Source: Candidatus Pacearchaeota archaeon CG06_land_8_20_14_3_00_35_12 | GTDB lineage: Archaea > Nanobdellota > Nanobdellia > Pacearchaeales > PEVX01 | Length of the DNA stretch: 49,783 nt | Assembly: GCA_002780285.1 (NCBI GenBank) | Contig: PEVX01000019.1 | Location: 1 to 49,783, forward strand | Direction of reading: 5' to 3' | Shown: in pieces, positions 1 to 8,149 of the stretch | Layout of the letters: each line of letters begins with the position of its first letter | Position numbering within the stretch: the stretch's first letter is position 1 | Translations under genes and position numbers: made by a program | Notes under the pieces: model-generated | What the model saw: the letters and a program-made list of their open reading frames with translations, nothing else | Database searches by the model: none | Told to the model about the DNA's origin: nothing

Positions 1-1719
1 TTCAAGAGTTGTGTTTATATCATTCTCATCAGGAACATCTATCTTCTGAAGAACAACAAAATAATTCCTTCTTGCTTTGGAATCATTGATGTATGCAGAA
101 GCATCATTCAGATTGAAGACATTTCCTTGCTCTGCTTTTTGCACTGCTGCATTCAGCTGATAATCTGAAACATAGCCCTGATATGTTTCACGGAGCTGGA
201 TTGTTAATTCTTCAGCATCACCTGTTTTTCCAAGAAGGTATGCCAAGTCAATTGCTTTCTGCAATGCCACGAAACCATAAAACTGATTTGTTCCATCAAT
301 TTCTCCTTTTGAATAGGTATAATCATCAACAATAGTTTTGAAGGCTAATTTCGCCCTGTCATAATTATCAGCAATATTTTCAGGAAGAATTGTATCCCGA
401 ATAGTTACTTTAGAAATTTTTATCTTTGTTCCTGCGACAGTCACTTCTTGGTTTGCTGGAATAAAGAAAAGATTATTCCATTTAGTTTTTAATTCTGCTT
501 TCAAATTTGTTTCATCAATGGTTTTTTTGGCTGTTTTCAGCCTTTCAACAGCACGGTCAATATCTATGAATCTTTTTTCAACATCAACAATATTTTTCGT
601 ATTCATCGCAATTGCGTAAATCTGCTTGTCATCAACTCCAAAATATGCCAAGTAAACATTTGAAGAAACATTGCTTCCAACAGTATAATTTCCTTTTATG
701 CCATTTACTTCAAGTTCAATTGCAAAAGCGTCTTTTCCAAGCTCATACTGTTTTCCTCCGCAATTTATCCTCACATATTGCTGGAAAAATTTAGAGGTTA
801 TTTTTTCAACCTTGCAGCCAGAGCCTGCTATTAGTGTCTTGCCTTCTGTGACAACAACTTCATTGCCATCAACATACAAATAAGCTTTTGGTTTTGGATA
901 AGTTATATCATCTAATTTTAATTTTACTCCGCCAGAACAAAAAGACCCTATGTAAATTGGCTCTGTCTCCTGTCCAAGATTAAGTGTTCTCCTGAAAACT
1001 AAATTCCTATTTGTTCCCGTAGTTCCTGAATAAACTCCTATTTCAGCCTTGTCTGCCTGAACATTAAATGCCCTAACAAAGCCTTTTCCACCCCAGAAGG
1101 CATAATCTTGAATGTTATTTTCAAAATCATCCTCATTCTCAAAAATAGGAAGCGCTTTTTCTGTATCAAAAACTCCAAAACTTTTTTGATAATCATAATA
1201 GATTTTCGTACTAAGATTAAGATTGACATTCTGAGGCATCTTTGATTCAATTGGCTGTTTCTTCAGATTTACAACAAGCCATCCCAAATTTTCAAAACCT
1301 GGAGCTCCTGAAGTGTTAAATCCGATTTCACCAGAAGCATATTTTCTTGCAGGATAGAAATTTATTCCAGTAATTTGGTCTGTTGATTTGAATCCAACAG
1401 GAATTATTTTATCAATGTAAGGAACTTGGATAAGTGGATTTATCTTTAATCCTATTAATTTGCAGAAAACCGGGACATTTTGTTCTTCGAGCAAATCAGA
1501 ACGGACAACTGCCGGCTCGCATGAGCCTGGCTCAATCATAACAAAAAAATCCTGCTCTGATTTGCATAAATCCTCCTGCGTGGCTCCGCCAAAAAGATAG
1601 GATGGAAATTCGTTTGATGTTGTTTCATCCTGCGCAATTGCAAAGCTTGCTGACATGCCTGCAAGCATTCCTACAAGTAGTAAAATCAACAATATTTTTG
1701 TTGTATGCTCTTTTTTCAT
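1..1719 (-). CDS. Secreted hypothetical protein, C-terminus cut by the window edge (573 codons visible)
   Basis: Absent from the ORF track because it runs off the window. Manual translation of the minus strand from the ATG at 1719-1717 gives MKKEHTTKILLILLLVGMLAGMSASFAIAQDETTSNEFPSYLFGG... The upstream ~760 nt (1719 down to 961) were checked codon by codon and the rest translated by eye with no stop, ending in frame at position 1 (...TTLE). Sec-type signal peptide (basic n-region, hydrophobic core, A-x-A). Confidence 0.7.
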   Translation of the reverse strand, partial: MKKEHTTKILLILLLVGMLAGMSASFAIAQDETTSNEFPSYLFGGATQEDLCKSEQDFFVMIEPGSCEPAVVRSDLLEEQNVPVFCKLIGLKINPLIQVPYIDKIIPVGFKSTDQITGINFYPARKYASGEIGFNTSGAPGFENLGWLVVNLKKQPIESKMPQNVNLNLSTKIYYDYQKSFGVFDTEKALPIFENEDDFENNIQDYAFWGGKGFVRAFNVQADKAEIGVYSGTTGTNRNLVFRRTLNLGQETEPIYIGSFCSGGVKLKLDDITYPKPKAYLYVDGNEVVVTEGKTLIAGSGCKVEKITSKFFQQYVRINCGGKQYELGKDAFAIELEVNGIKGNYTVGSNVSSNVYLAYFGVDDKQIYAIAMNTKNIVDVEKRFIDIDRAVERLKTAKKTIDETNLKAELKTKWNNLFFIPANQEVTVAGTKIKISKVTIRDTILPENIADNYDRAKLAFKTIVDDYTYSKGEIDGTNQFYGFVALQKAIDLAYLLGKTGDAEELTIQLRETYQGYVSDYQLNAAVQKAEQGNVFNLNDASAYINDSKARRNYFVVLQKIDVPDENDINTTLE

Positions 1720-1737
1720 TTTTTAATTTTTTAAAAT

Positions 1738-3606
1738 TCAGCTTAAATCGGGCGGATTCAATTCTGAATTTTGAATTAAATTGTAAACCTGCTGCAAGTC
1801 ATTAATGTTTTTTGGAATGCTGAATGAATTTATATGAAATAAAATATTCTTTGAATTTCTTAATTCCTCTTCATAAATTGTAACATTTACTTTTCCTCCG
1901 CCAACAGGAACCTCTGAAAGAGTCATTGCAGAGCTATTCAGGGGAAAGCATTGTTGTTTTGTTATTCCAAATACTCCTGCAACGCCGTCTGCAGGAACAT
2001 TTACGCATTGCTCTGTTTGCTGAGCAGGAATTGAAATGTTTCCTTGATTAAAAACAGTTATGCTGAACTCATAATCTCCTGGCTCTAATTGAATTGTTTT
2101 TTGGTCAGGCCAAACAGAAATTGTTGAGTATTCTCCTGAAAGGCTTCTTGCACTAATCAAAATCTTATTTTGAGCCTGCTGATCAAAAGACAATGATAGA
2201 TTGTAAAGTTTCTGCATCAAGACAGCTGCAATAAATTCCTGGTTTGAGGAAATTTGATATTTTGTCTCTGAGAATCCAGGAGCCTGCGCCACAATAAATC
2301 CATTAACGCACTGAGGAAAAAGATCTGAGAGAACAGCCTCATTTTCTGAGATTGATGTTTTTCCAATAGAACAGATAGTATTCAAACATTTGAAGCTTAT
2401 GTCTGCTTCAACAGGATTTCCTTCTGAATCATAAGTATAAACAGTCGCGTTCTGAACTCGTGCATTGCAGATTTCTGGAAGAGAAGTTGCAACCTGTTCT
2501 GGAACTGTCGCATTTTTAGGCTTGTTTTTTTCAATAATTACAACATATGGAAATTGAAATAATTCTCCTGTTTTGTTGGAAATTACCTGGACAAGAACCG
2601 GAAATTTCATTGAATAAACAAAATTATAGTTAATATAGCAAAAGCCAAGAACATTAAGCCCTGCCTGAGTTCCGACAGGATCTGCTCTCATAACTCCATT
2701 TTGAGAAGGATATACTTCAAAAGTTGTTGGCCAAGATGGATTGTATTTCACTGAAACAGCATCATCAAAATTTTGTCCAGTATTAAAAACAAAATATTTT
2801 CTTACATCATTTCCAAGAGTATAATATGTTCCTTTTGCTTTCAAAGTGATAAAATTCTGCTGCAAGGCATTTTTAATAGTACTTGAAACATTCTCAACAT
2901 CCCAGATTTTAGGCACGCATGAAATTTCAAAATTATTTGTCGGCGCATACATGGCAATTACATCAACAGAATAATTTTCGAAGAACAGCTGCTGCTGTTC
3001 AGAATCATAGATTTTCCTGGATTCCTTGAATAATTTACCATAATCGCTTGTAATCTGAACACTATGCAATTGAATTCTGCGAGAAACTCCATTAAAGCTT
3101 ACTGTGATTGGATAATTCAGTGAAATTATGACTGAATTGTCATTTATCTTTGATTTTATAGTGACATTGTCTGATTTTGTGATATTATATCCCTGGTCTT
3201 CAAATGAAGAAAAATCCGCGCAGTCCAAAAAAGTATCTGAAACATAGGTCTCAAGCTCTTTTTGCATATTTTCTATTGTTGGAATCTGCTCTTTCTGAAG
3301 ATTATTTCCAGAAACATAAAACCAGTATGGCACTTCAATCCCAAGGAAATTAAACTTGTTTGAGAATGGAGCGTATTCTGAAGAAGGGTCTGTTTCTGGC
3401 TGTTCAATGTATCCTGCCTGCTCTCCAAGAACAGAAAGCCCGTCCTGAGCCCTGGCGCTTATACAACCAGTAAAATAGTCCTCAACACTTTTTATTTCAG
3501 AAGGCAAAGCCACTGGAAGCTTTGAAACATAATTGAAAATCAAAACTCCTGCAACAATAAGAATTGCAATAATAATAAACAAAGTAACCTGTGCTCTTTT
3601 ATTCAT
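1738..3606 (-). CDS. Large surface protein with class III (prepilin-like) signal peptide
   Basis: The track ORF 1738..3735 would overlap the tRNA at 3727-3841. The internal start at 3606 gives MNKRA|QVTLFIIIAILIVAGVLIFNYV, matching the N-K-[KR]-[GA]+hydrophobic helix motif of 11 other proteins in the window. The remaining ~600 aa are hydrophilic and N/S/T-rich. Confidence 0.65.
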   Translation of the reverse strand: MNKRAQVTLFIIIAILIVAGVLIFNYVSKLPVALPSEIKSVEDYFTGCISARAQDGLSVLGEQAGYIEQPETDPSSEYAPFSNKFNFLGIEVPYWFYVSGNNLQKEQIPTIENMQKELETYVSDTFLDCADFSSFEDQGYNITKSDNVTIKSKINDNSVIISLNYPITVSFNGVSRRIQLHSVQITSDYGKLFKESRKIYDSEQQQLFFENYSVDVIAMYAPTNNFEISCVPKIWDVENVSSTIKNALQQNFITLKAKGTYYTLGNDVRKYFVFNTGQNFDDAVSVKYNPSWPTTFEVYPSQNGVMRADPVGTQAGLNVLGFCYINYNFVYSMKFPVLVQVISNKTGELFQFPYVVIIEKNKPKNATVPEQVATSLPEICNARVQNATVYTYDSEGNPVEADISFKCLNTICSIGKTSISENEAVLSDLFPQCVNGFIVAQAPGFSETKYQISSNQEFIAAVLMQKLYNLSLSFDQQAQNKILISARSLSGEYSTISVWPDQKTIQLEPGDYEFSITVFNQGNISIPAQQTEQCVNVPADGVAGVFGITKQQCFPLNSSAMTLSEVPVGGGKVNVTIYEEELRNSKNILFHINSFSIPKNINDLQQVYNLIQNSELNPPDLS

Positions 3607-3726
3607 TTTTCTTTCCAACTTTTCACTAATAAAGAAAGCTCGCATTTCTAGTATTTCCCCTCTTAATTTTATGTTTTTAAAGAAGGAAAAAGCATATATA
3701 AATTTAATTAAAGAATAAGTGAAAAA

Positions 3727-3841
3727 TGGGCCCAAGCGGGATCGAACCGCTGATCTTCTCCATATTGAGTTTTTTTCTTCCCAGGGCTTCTTCCTAAGAA
3801 GGCCTCGTCAAGGAGACGTCGTACCACTAGACCATAGGCCC
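3727..3841 (-). tRNA. tRNA-Val(GAC) with a ~43-nt intron in or next to the anticodon loop
   Basis: Minus strand reads GGGCCTA TG GTCT AGTGGTA CGAC G TCTCC TTGACGA [intron GGCCTTCTTAGGAAGAAGCCC...CTCAATAT] GGAGA AGATC AGCGG TTCGATC CCGCT TGGGCCC A. Acceptor, T-arm and anticodon stem pair correctly only once the insert is removed. The exact splice boundary is not resolved. Confidence 0.8.
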
Positions 3842-3847
3842 AATAAG

Positions 3848-3971
3848 CCTCAGGCTAAAAGCCTCAGGAGGTGCTTGAAAATCTTTAGATTTTCGGCAAC
3901 TTAAAAATGTTTTGCATTTTTATGTGATTTGAACCCTTGTTCAAATTCCTCAGGCTAAAAGCCTCAGGAGG
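3848..3971. repeat. Exact 24-nt direct repeat (two copies, offset exactly 100 nt) duplicating the tRNA-Thr 3' end plus trailer
   Basis: cctcaggctaaaagcctcaggagg occurs at 3848-3871 and 3948-3971. Copy 2 overlaps the 3' T-stem/acceptor strand of tRNA-Thr (3960-3971) plus 12 nt of trailer. Degenerate similarity continues into the T-loop (ttgaa at 3875-3879 and 3975-3979). Confidence 0.9.
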
Positions 3972-4033
3972 GATTTGAACCCCCGACCCTCTGTTTACAA
4001 AACAGATGCTCTAGCCAACTGAGCTACTGAGGC
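3960..4033 (-). tRNA. tRNA-Thr(TGT)
   Basis: Minus strand reads GCCTCAG TA GCTC AGTTGGCTA GAGC A TCTGT TTTGTAA ACAGA GGGTC GGGGG TTCAAAT CCCTC CTGAGGC T. Clean cloverleaf with anticodon UGU. Confidence 0.9.
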
Positions 4034-4080
4034 ATAGTGAGAAGACAAAAAAAGTGCTTATAAAATTTGCTATAAAAGAA

Positions 4081-4614
4081 TTAAATTTTCCTTTGTTTTT
4101 CAAAAACTCTGATTTCACAAAGAGACAATGGATAAACTTTCTTTAATTTTTTCTGAAGCTCATACTGGAATTTTCCAATCAGAACATCTGACAAAAGATC
4201 ATCAGAAACCTTGTCTTTTGCGGCAGCGCAGATTAATTCTTTGCATTGCTCTCTCAGGGCATTTCTCACGCTTCTATGAACTTTTTTTCTAGTAATTAAA
4301 AAAGTCTTTATTCTTAATCTGTTGTCATCTTTTGAACTGCAAACAAAGGAATCCTCAACGTAAGATATGCCTGGCCTCATCATCATTCTGATATAAGATA
4401 AAAATAAATTAAGGGCATAAAATTTTCCAACTAACTTATCTCCTTCTTTTACAACAAGAAGTTTTGCTTCAAGGCTTCTTCCCTTAAGGAATCTCGTCAG
4501 ATCAATTTTCAGAGTTCTTCCAATTATTTCACTTTCTGATTTTGCCATCAGAGAAGTTACAAAATTTATCTGCGGAACTTCAACTTCAAAAGATTTTTTC
4601 TTTAGAACTGCCAT
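4081..4614 (-). CDS. rps3ae: 30S ribosomal protein S3Ae (eS1)
   Basis: MAVLKKKSFEVEVPQ...LRIKTFLITRKKVHRS... fits the S3Ae family in length and motifs. The start at 4614 sits 1 nt after the L44e stop (TAA-A-ATG junction). The upstream extension in the track would overlap L44e. Confidence 0.8.
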   Translation of the reverse strand: MAVLKKKSFEVEVPQINFVTSLMAKSESEIIGRTLKIDLTRFLKGRSLEAKLLVVKEGDKLVGKFYALNLFLSYIRMMMRPGISYVEDSFVCSSKDDNRLRIKTFLITRKKVHRSVRNALREQCKELICAAAKDKVSDDLLSDVLIGKFQYELQKKLKKVYPLSLCEIRVFEKQRKI

Positions 4615-4615
4615 T

Positions 4616-4957
4616 TTATTTGTGTTTATTTGATTCAATCTCTGTTTTCTTATCTTCAATAGAAATTTTGCTTGTTCTTATTCCCTGCGCCTGCATTACA
4701 GATTTATTGCAGACAGGGCAAGTGTACATTAAATTTGTTTTCTTTGTAGTTTTTGTTTTTCTTTTAAATTTTGCTGGTTTACTTCCCCATCTTCCAAGAT
4801 TTCCATAGCCAATTCCAAGCCCTCTTTTCTTTGCTCTTGAAATTGAGCCTCTTTTCTGGGAGCTTCTTTTCTTTCCAGAGCTAACTAAAGAGACTTTTTG
4901 ATCTGTATGCTTCTTGCAGTATGGGCAATATCTTTTGATTTTTTTTGGAAATCTCAT
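4616..4957 (-). CDS. rpl44e: 50S ribosomal protein L44e (eL42)
   Basis: MRFPKKIKRYCPYCKKHTDQKV...YTCPVCNKS. Zinc-ribbon CxxC...CxxC and basic composition typical of L44e. Confidence 0.85.
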   Translation of the reverse strand: MRFPKKIKRYCPYCKKHTDQKVSLVSSGKKRSSQKRGSISRAKKRGLGIGYGNLGRWGSKPAKFKRKTKTTKKTNLMYTCPVCNKSVMQAQGIRTSKISIEDKKTEIESNKHK

Positions 4958-4974
4958 TCTAATTTAATATTGAT

Positions 4975-5532
4975 TTATTCTTGCAGGATGATTTCTGCTT
5001 TCCCTTCAGCAGTCAGAATTGAAACAATTTCTTTTGGTAAATTAACAATTTGTCCAGCAGTGAAGGGGCCTAAAGCATTACCATCGACATCAAGAAATTC
5101 CTCGATATCCTGTTTTAATCGGACAAGTTGATTTTTTAAACTTTTCTCTTTCTCACCGTTGAGAATTTTCTTTAATGTTAATTCATTTTCAGAGATTTTC
5201 TTGGTTATTGTCTCGAAAAAGTCGCGCTCATGGGAGAGCATATTTTCAGCATCTCTCTTGCTAATGCCTGTTTTTGCTGCAAGAAAGGCAAGCTCAATTA
5301 TTTTCCTTTCTCGTCTTGAAAGAATTTCCCGCAATATCGAATTTGCATTATCCACCTGCTTTTTCAGCTTTTGGATTGTTTCTGAGAAAGTATCGCTGTC
5401 TTTCGCAACAAGCTCTTTTTTATCATGTAAATATGCAGCTACCTCTGACAGAAAATTTGCCTGGATTGGCTGAAGCTGCTCATTATACTTTTCTTTTCTC
5501 AAGATCTCGTAAATTTCAGCATAGGTTATCAT
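4975..5532 (-). CDS. GINS subunit (Gins51/Sld5-like) DNA replication protein
   Basis: 185 aa. N-terminal ITYAEIYEILRKEKYNEQLQPIQANFLSEVAAYL and central ILSRRERKIIELA resemble the archaeal Gins51 A-domain, followed by a small C-terminal B-domain. By-eye call. Confidence 0.5.
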   Translation of the reverse strand: MITYAEIYEILRKEKYNEQLQPIQANFLSEVAAYLHDKKELVAKDSDTFSETIQKLKKQVDNANSILREILSRRERKIIELAFLAAKTGISKRDAENMLSHERDFFETITKKISENELTLKKILNGEKEKSLKNQLVRLKQDIEEFLDVDGNALGPFTAGQIVNLPKEIVSILTAEGKAEIILQE

Positions 5533-5622
5533 TTTATTTTTAAAATAACAAAAGAAACAAAAATTCTGTTTTTATAAAGTTATTTATAATTTTTTATATA
5601 ATTCAAAAAAGAAAAAACAAAT

Positions 5623-6867
5623 TTACTCTTTTACAAATTTCATCACATCCTTGCCATAGATTTTTCCAATACTTCCCCTCAGAGAATCTTTTTCTGAGAA
5701 ATGCTCTGTCTCGTCCTTTCCAAGCCCATAAACTAATATTGGAACTGCATCTGAAGAATGCGCTTTCAAAACGCAAGGGACTGCATGATCAGCAGTAACA
5801 ACAATTTTGATTTTATCTTTTGCAGCAACTTGTCTTAGGAATGAAAAAAAATCTCTATCGAGAATTTCAATCATTTTTTTCTTCTCTTCTGGCTTATTGT
5901 CATGGCCAGGAACATCTGTTTCCTTGAAATGAAGATAAAAATAATCATAATTCCTTAACTTTTTCTGAATAATTTTTTTTGAAAATTGAATTGCAGTGTT
6001 CAATCCAGCGTATAAATTTTCATATGTGCTTGCTTTCATTTCAGGATATTTGAAAGAGAATATATCCATTCCCAACAGCTGCGCAATGCCAATTTCAAGA
6101 GGCATATAAACAATCGCAGCCCATTTTCCATCTAATTTTTGTATTGCTGGAATTGAAGAGCCAGCATCTCTTGTAAGAATGATGTTAGCTGGCAAAAGTT
6201 TGTGCTTTACTCTTTGCAGGTTTACTGGATGATATGCAAGAACAGAATAACTTTTTTCTATAAATTGATTTAATACATTTGCAGAATATGCTGAATTTTC
6301 GTCATCATCATCTAGAGTTCTTGAGTAATGCAATGTATCATAAAGATTGTATGTTCCTTTGATTGGATATGCTGGGTCTGTATTTGTAATATTATCTGAC
6401 AATCCGCCTCTAAATACCAGAACTCCCCTATGCTGTATTGTATTCTTGAATAAAAATCTTACAGGCAGTCTAACTTTTGAATTTATTGCTTTGGCAAGAA
6501 TTGTTGCTTCTTTAGTTGACAATGTTCTTCCTGCTCTTCTATCAATAATTTTTCCTTCACGAATATTATTTATTGTTGCAAAATTAGTTCTTAATGCCAG
6601 ATCCCCTTCCTGCAACCTTATTCCAGCGCCGATTGCTTCAAGAGGACCTCTCATTGCAAACAATTTACTGTATCCAAAAATAGAGGCCAAGGCATTGTCT
6701 GATTCTGGAGCAACATCTTCTTTTACAGGAATCATTCTTCCAAGTTTGCCCTGCTGCGTAAACCAGTCAAGATTTGGAGTATGAGCAGATTCGAGAGGAG
6801 TTTTTCCTTTTAATTGCTCGCAAGGCCTATCACCTATTCCATCAAGAATAACAAATATTGTTTTCAT
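5623..6867 (-). CDS. apgM: 2,3-bisphosphoglycerate-independent phosphoglycerate mutase, archaeal type
   Basis: MKTIFVILDGIGDRPCEQLKGKTPLESAHTPNLDW..., ...VVTADHAVPC... Metalloenzyme-superfamily motifs and ~410 aa length typical of ApgM. Confidence 0.85.
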   Translation of the reverse strand: MKTIFVILDGIGDRPCEQLKGKTPLESAHTPNLDWFTQQGKLGRMIPVKEDVAPESDNALASIFGYSKLFAMRGPLEAIGAGIRLQEGDLALRTNFATINNIREGKIIDRRAGRTLSTKEATILAKAINSKVRLPVRFLFKNTIQHRGVLVFRGGLSDNITNTDPAYPIKGTYNLYDTLHYSRTLDDDDENSAYSANVLNQFIEKSYSVLAYHPVNLQRVKHKLLPANIILTRDAGSSIPAIQKLDGKWAAIVYMPLEIGIAQLLGMDIFSFKYPEMKASTYENLYAGLNTAIQFSKKIIQKKLRNYDYFYLHFKETDVPGHDNKPEEKKKMIEILDRDFFSFLRQVAAKDKIKIVVTADHAVPCVLKAHSSDAVPILVYGLGKDETEHFSEKDSLRGSIGKIYGKDVMKFVKE

Positions 6868-6981
6868 TTTTATTTAATTAAATATGCTTCTGCAAGTTAT
6901 AAATTTTTTTATATTACAGAACAATTTAAACATCTTTATAAATCTTTGAAAACCCATTATTTCAATAGAGATAGGAGAAAA

Positions 6982-8100
6982 ATGTTCAAATTCCTTAAAG
7001 AAAAAATTAAATCATGGTTTAGCAAGAGCTCTGAGAAAATAGAAGAGGAGGAAAAGAAGGAAGAGGTTGAGGGGAAAAAAGAGATTGAAAAAGAAATGAA
7101 GAAAGAGCTTGTTAAGGAGAAAAAAGAGATTAAAGAGGAAGTAAAAGAAAAAGAGATTTCAAAAGAAGAGGGGAAAAAAGAGGAAAAAAAAGTTGAGGAA
7201 GAGGTTGAGGAGAAAAAAGAGAGCATTTTTGACAAATTAAAAAAAACATTCACTTCTGTAAAATTAAATGAAGAGCATTTTGAAAAAATATTTGAGGAAT
7301 TGGAGATTGTTTTGATAGAAAACAGCGTTGCAATGGAAGTTATTGAAGATATTAAAAAAGAAATGAAGAAAGAACTTTTAGATCATCCTGTTGAAAGAAA
7401 AAAGATTGAAGATGAAATTAAAGAGGCCTTGAAAAGAAGCATTGATGGAATTTTAGTAGAATCATATGATTTGATTGAAAAAATCAAGGAAGAAGTTAAA
7501 AAAGAAAAACCATACAAGGTTGTGTTTTTCGGGATAAATGGGAGCGGAAAAACAACAAGCATTGCAAAAATCGGATGGCTTTTGAAAAAAAATAATATTT
7601 CCTGCGTGCTTGCTGCAGCAGATACATTCAGAGCAGCATCGATGGAACAATTGTCAATACACGCATCTAATCTGGGGATTGAAATGATAAAACATGCCTA
7701 TGGGGCAGACCCTGCGGCAGTGGCTTATGATGCAATCAAGCATGCAAAGGCTGAGAATATTGATGTTGTGCTGATAGACACTGCAGGAAGAATGCATTCT
7801 AATGTAAATTTAATGACTGAAATGGAAAAAATTTGCCGAATTGCAAAGCCGAACTTGAAAATTTTTGTTGGAGAGGCAATTACAGGAAATGACGCAACAG
7901 AGCAGGCAAAAATTTTCAATGGGAAAATTGGCATAGATGGGATAATTCTTACAAAATCTGATGTTGATGAGCAGGGCGGGGCAATTATTTCTGTGAGCCA
8001 TGTCACAAAAAAACCCATTTTCTACCTCGGCATGGGCCAGGAATACAAAGATTTTGAACGATTTGACAAAGATAAAATAATAAAACTGCTGGGATTCTGA
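6982..8100 (+). CDS. ftsY: Signal recognition particle receptor FtsY
   Basis: The ATG at 6982 is preceded by ataggagaaaa. Lys/Glu-rich acidic A-domain, then an NG domain with FFGINGSGKTTSIAK, DTAGR and TKSDVD. The track ORF start at 6814 overlaps the apgM 5' end. Confidence 0.9.
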   Translation: MFKFLKEKIKSWFSKSSEKIEEEEKKEEVEGKKEIEKEMKKELVKEKKEIKEEVKEKEISKEEGKKEEKKVEEEVEEKKESIFDKLKKTFTSVKLNEEHFEKIFEELEIVLIENSVAMEVIEDIKKEMKKELLDHPVERKKIEDEIKEALKRSIDGILVESYDLIEKIKEEVKKEKPYKVVFFGINGSGKTTSIAKIGWLLKKNNISCVLAAADTFRAASMEQLSIHASNLGIEMIKHAYGADPAAVAYDAIKHAKAENIDVVLIDTAGRMHSNVNLMTEMEKICRIAKPNLKIFVGEAITGNDATEQAKIFNGKIGIDGIILTKSDVDEQGGAIISVSHVTKKPIFYLGMGQEYKDFERFDKDKIIKLLGF

Positions 8101-8149
8101 ATAAACTTATAAACCGTTAAAATTTGAATTTTATATAAAGAAGGGCAAA

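Noticed and set aside
612-1805. Short track ORFs at 612-794, 698-883, 1038-1250 and 1602-1805
   Set aside because: They are embedded in, or overlap, the long edge-truncated minus-strand ORF (1-1719) that the track omitted. The long ORF has a clear signal peptide and an uninterrupted frame.
3719-3904. 61-aa plus-strand track ORF, together with the N-terminal extension of the 1738..3735 minus ORF
   Set aside because: Both lie over the intron-containing tRNA-Val (3727-3841) and the 24-nt repeat. The tRNA fold is far better supported. The minus-strand protein has a convincing internal start at 3606.
7036-7225. Lys/Glu-rich repetitive stretch that looks like a tandem repeat
   Set aside because: It is in frame within FtsY and corresponds to the charged A-domain typical of SRP receptors. 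It is not an independent repeat element.
6957-7253. 98-aa Ser/Phe-rich minus-strand ORF
   Set aside because: It is an antisense shadow of the GAA/AAA-rich Lys/Glu A-domain of FtsY. It is low-complexity, has no start context, and is fully embedded in a well-supported gene.
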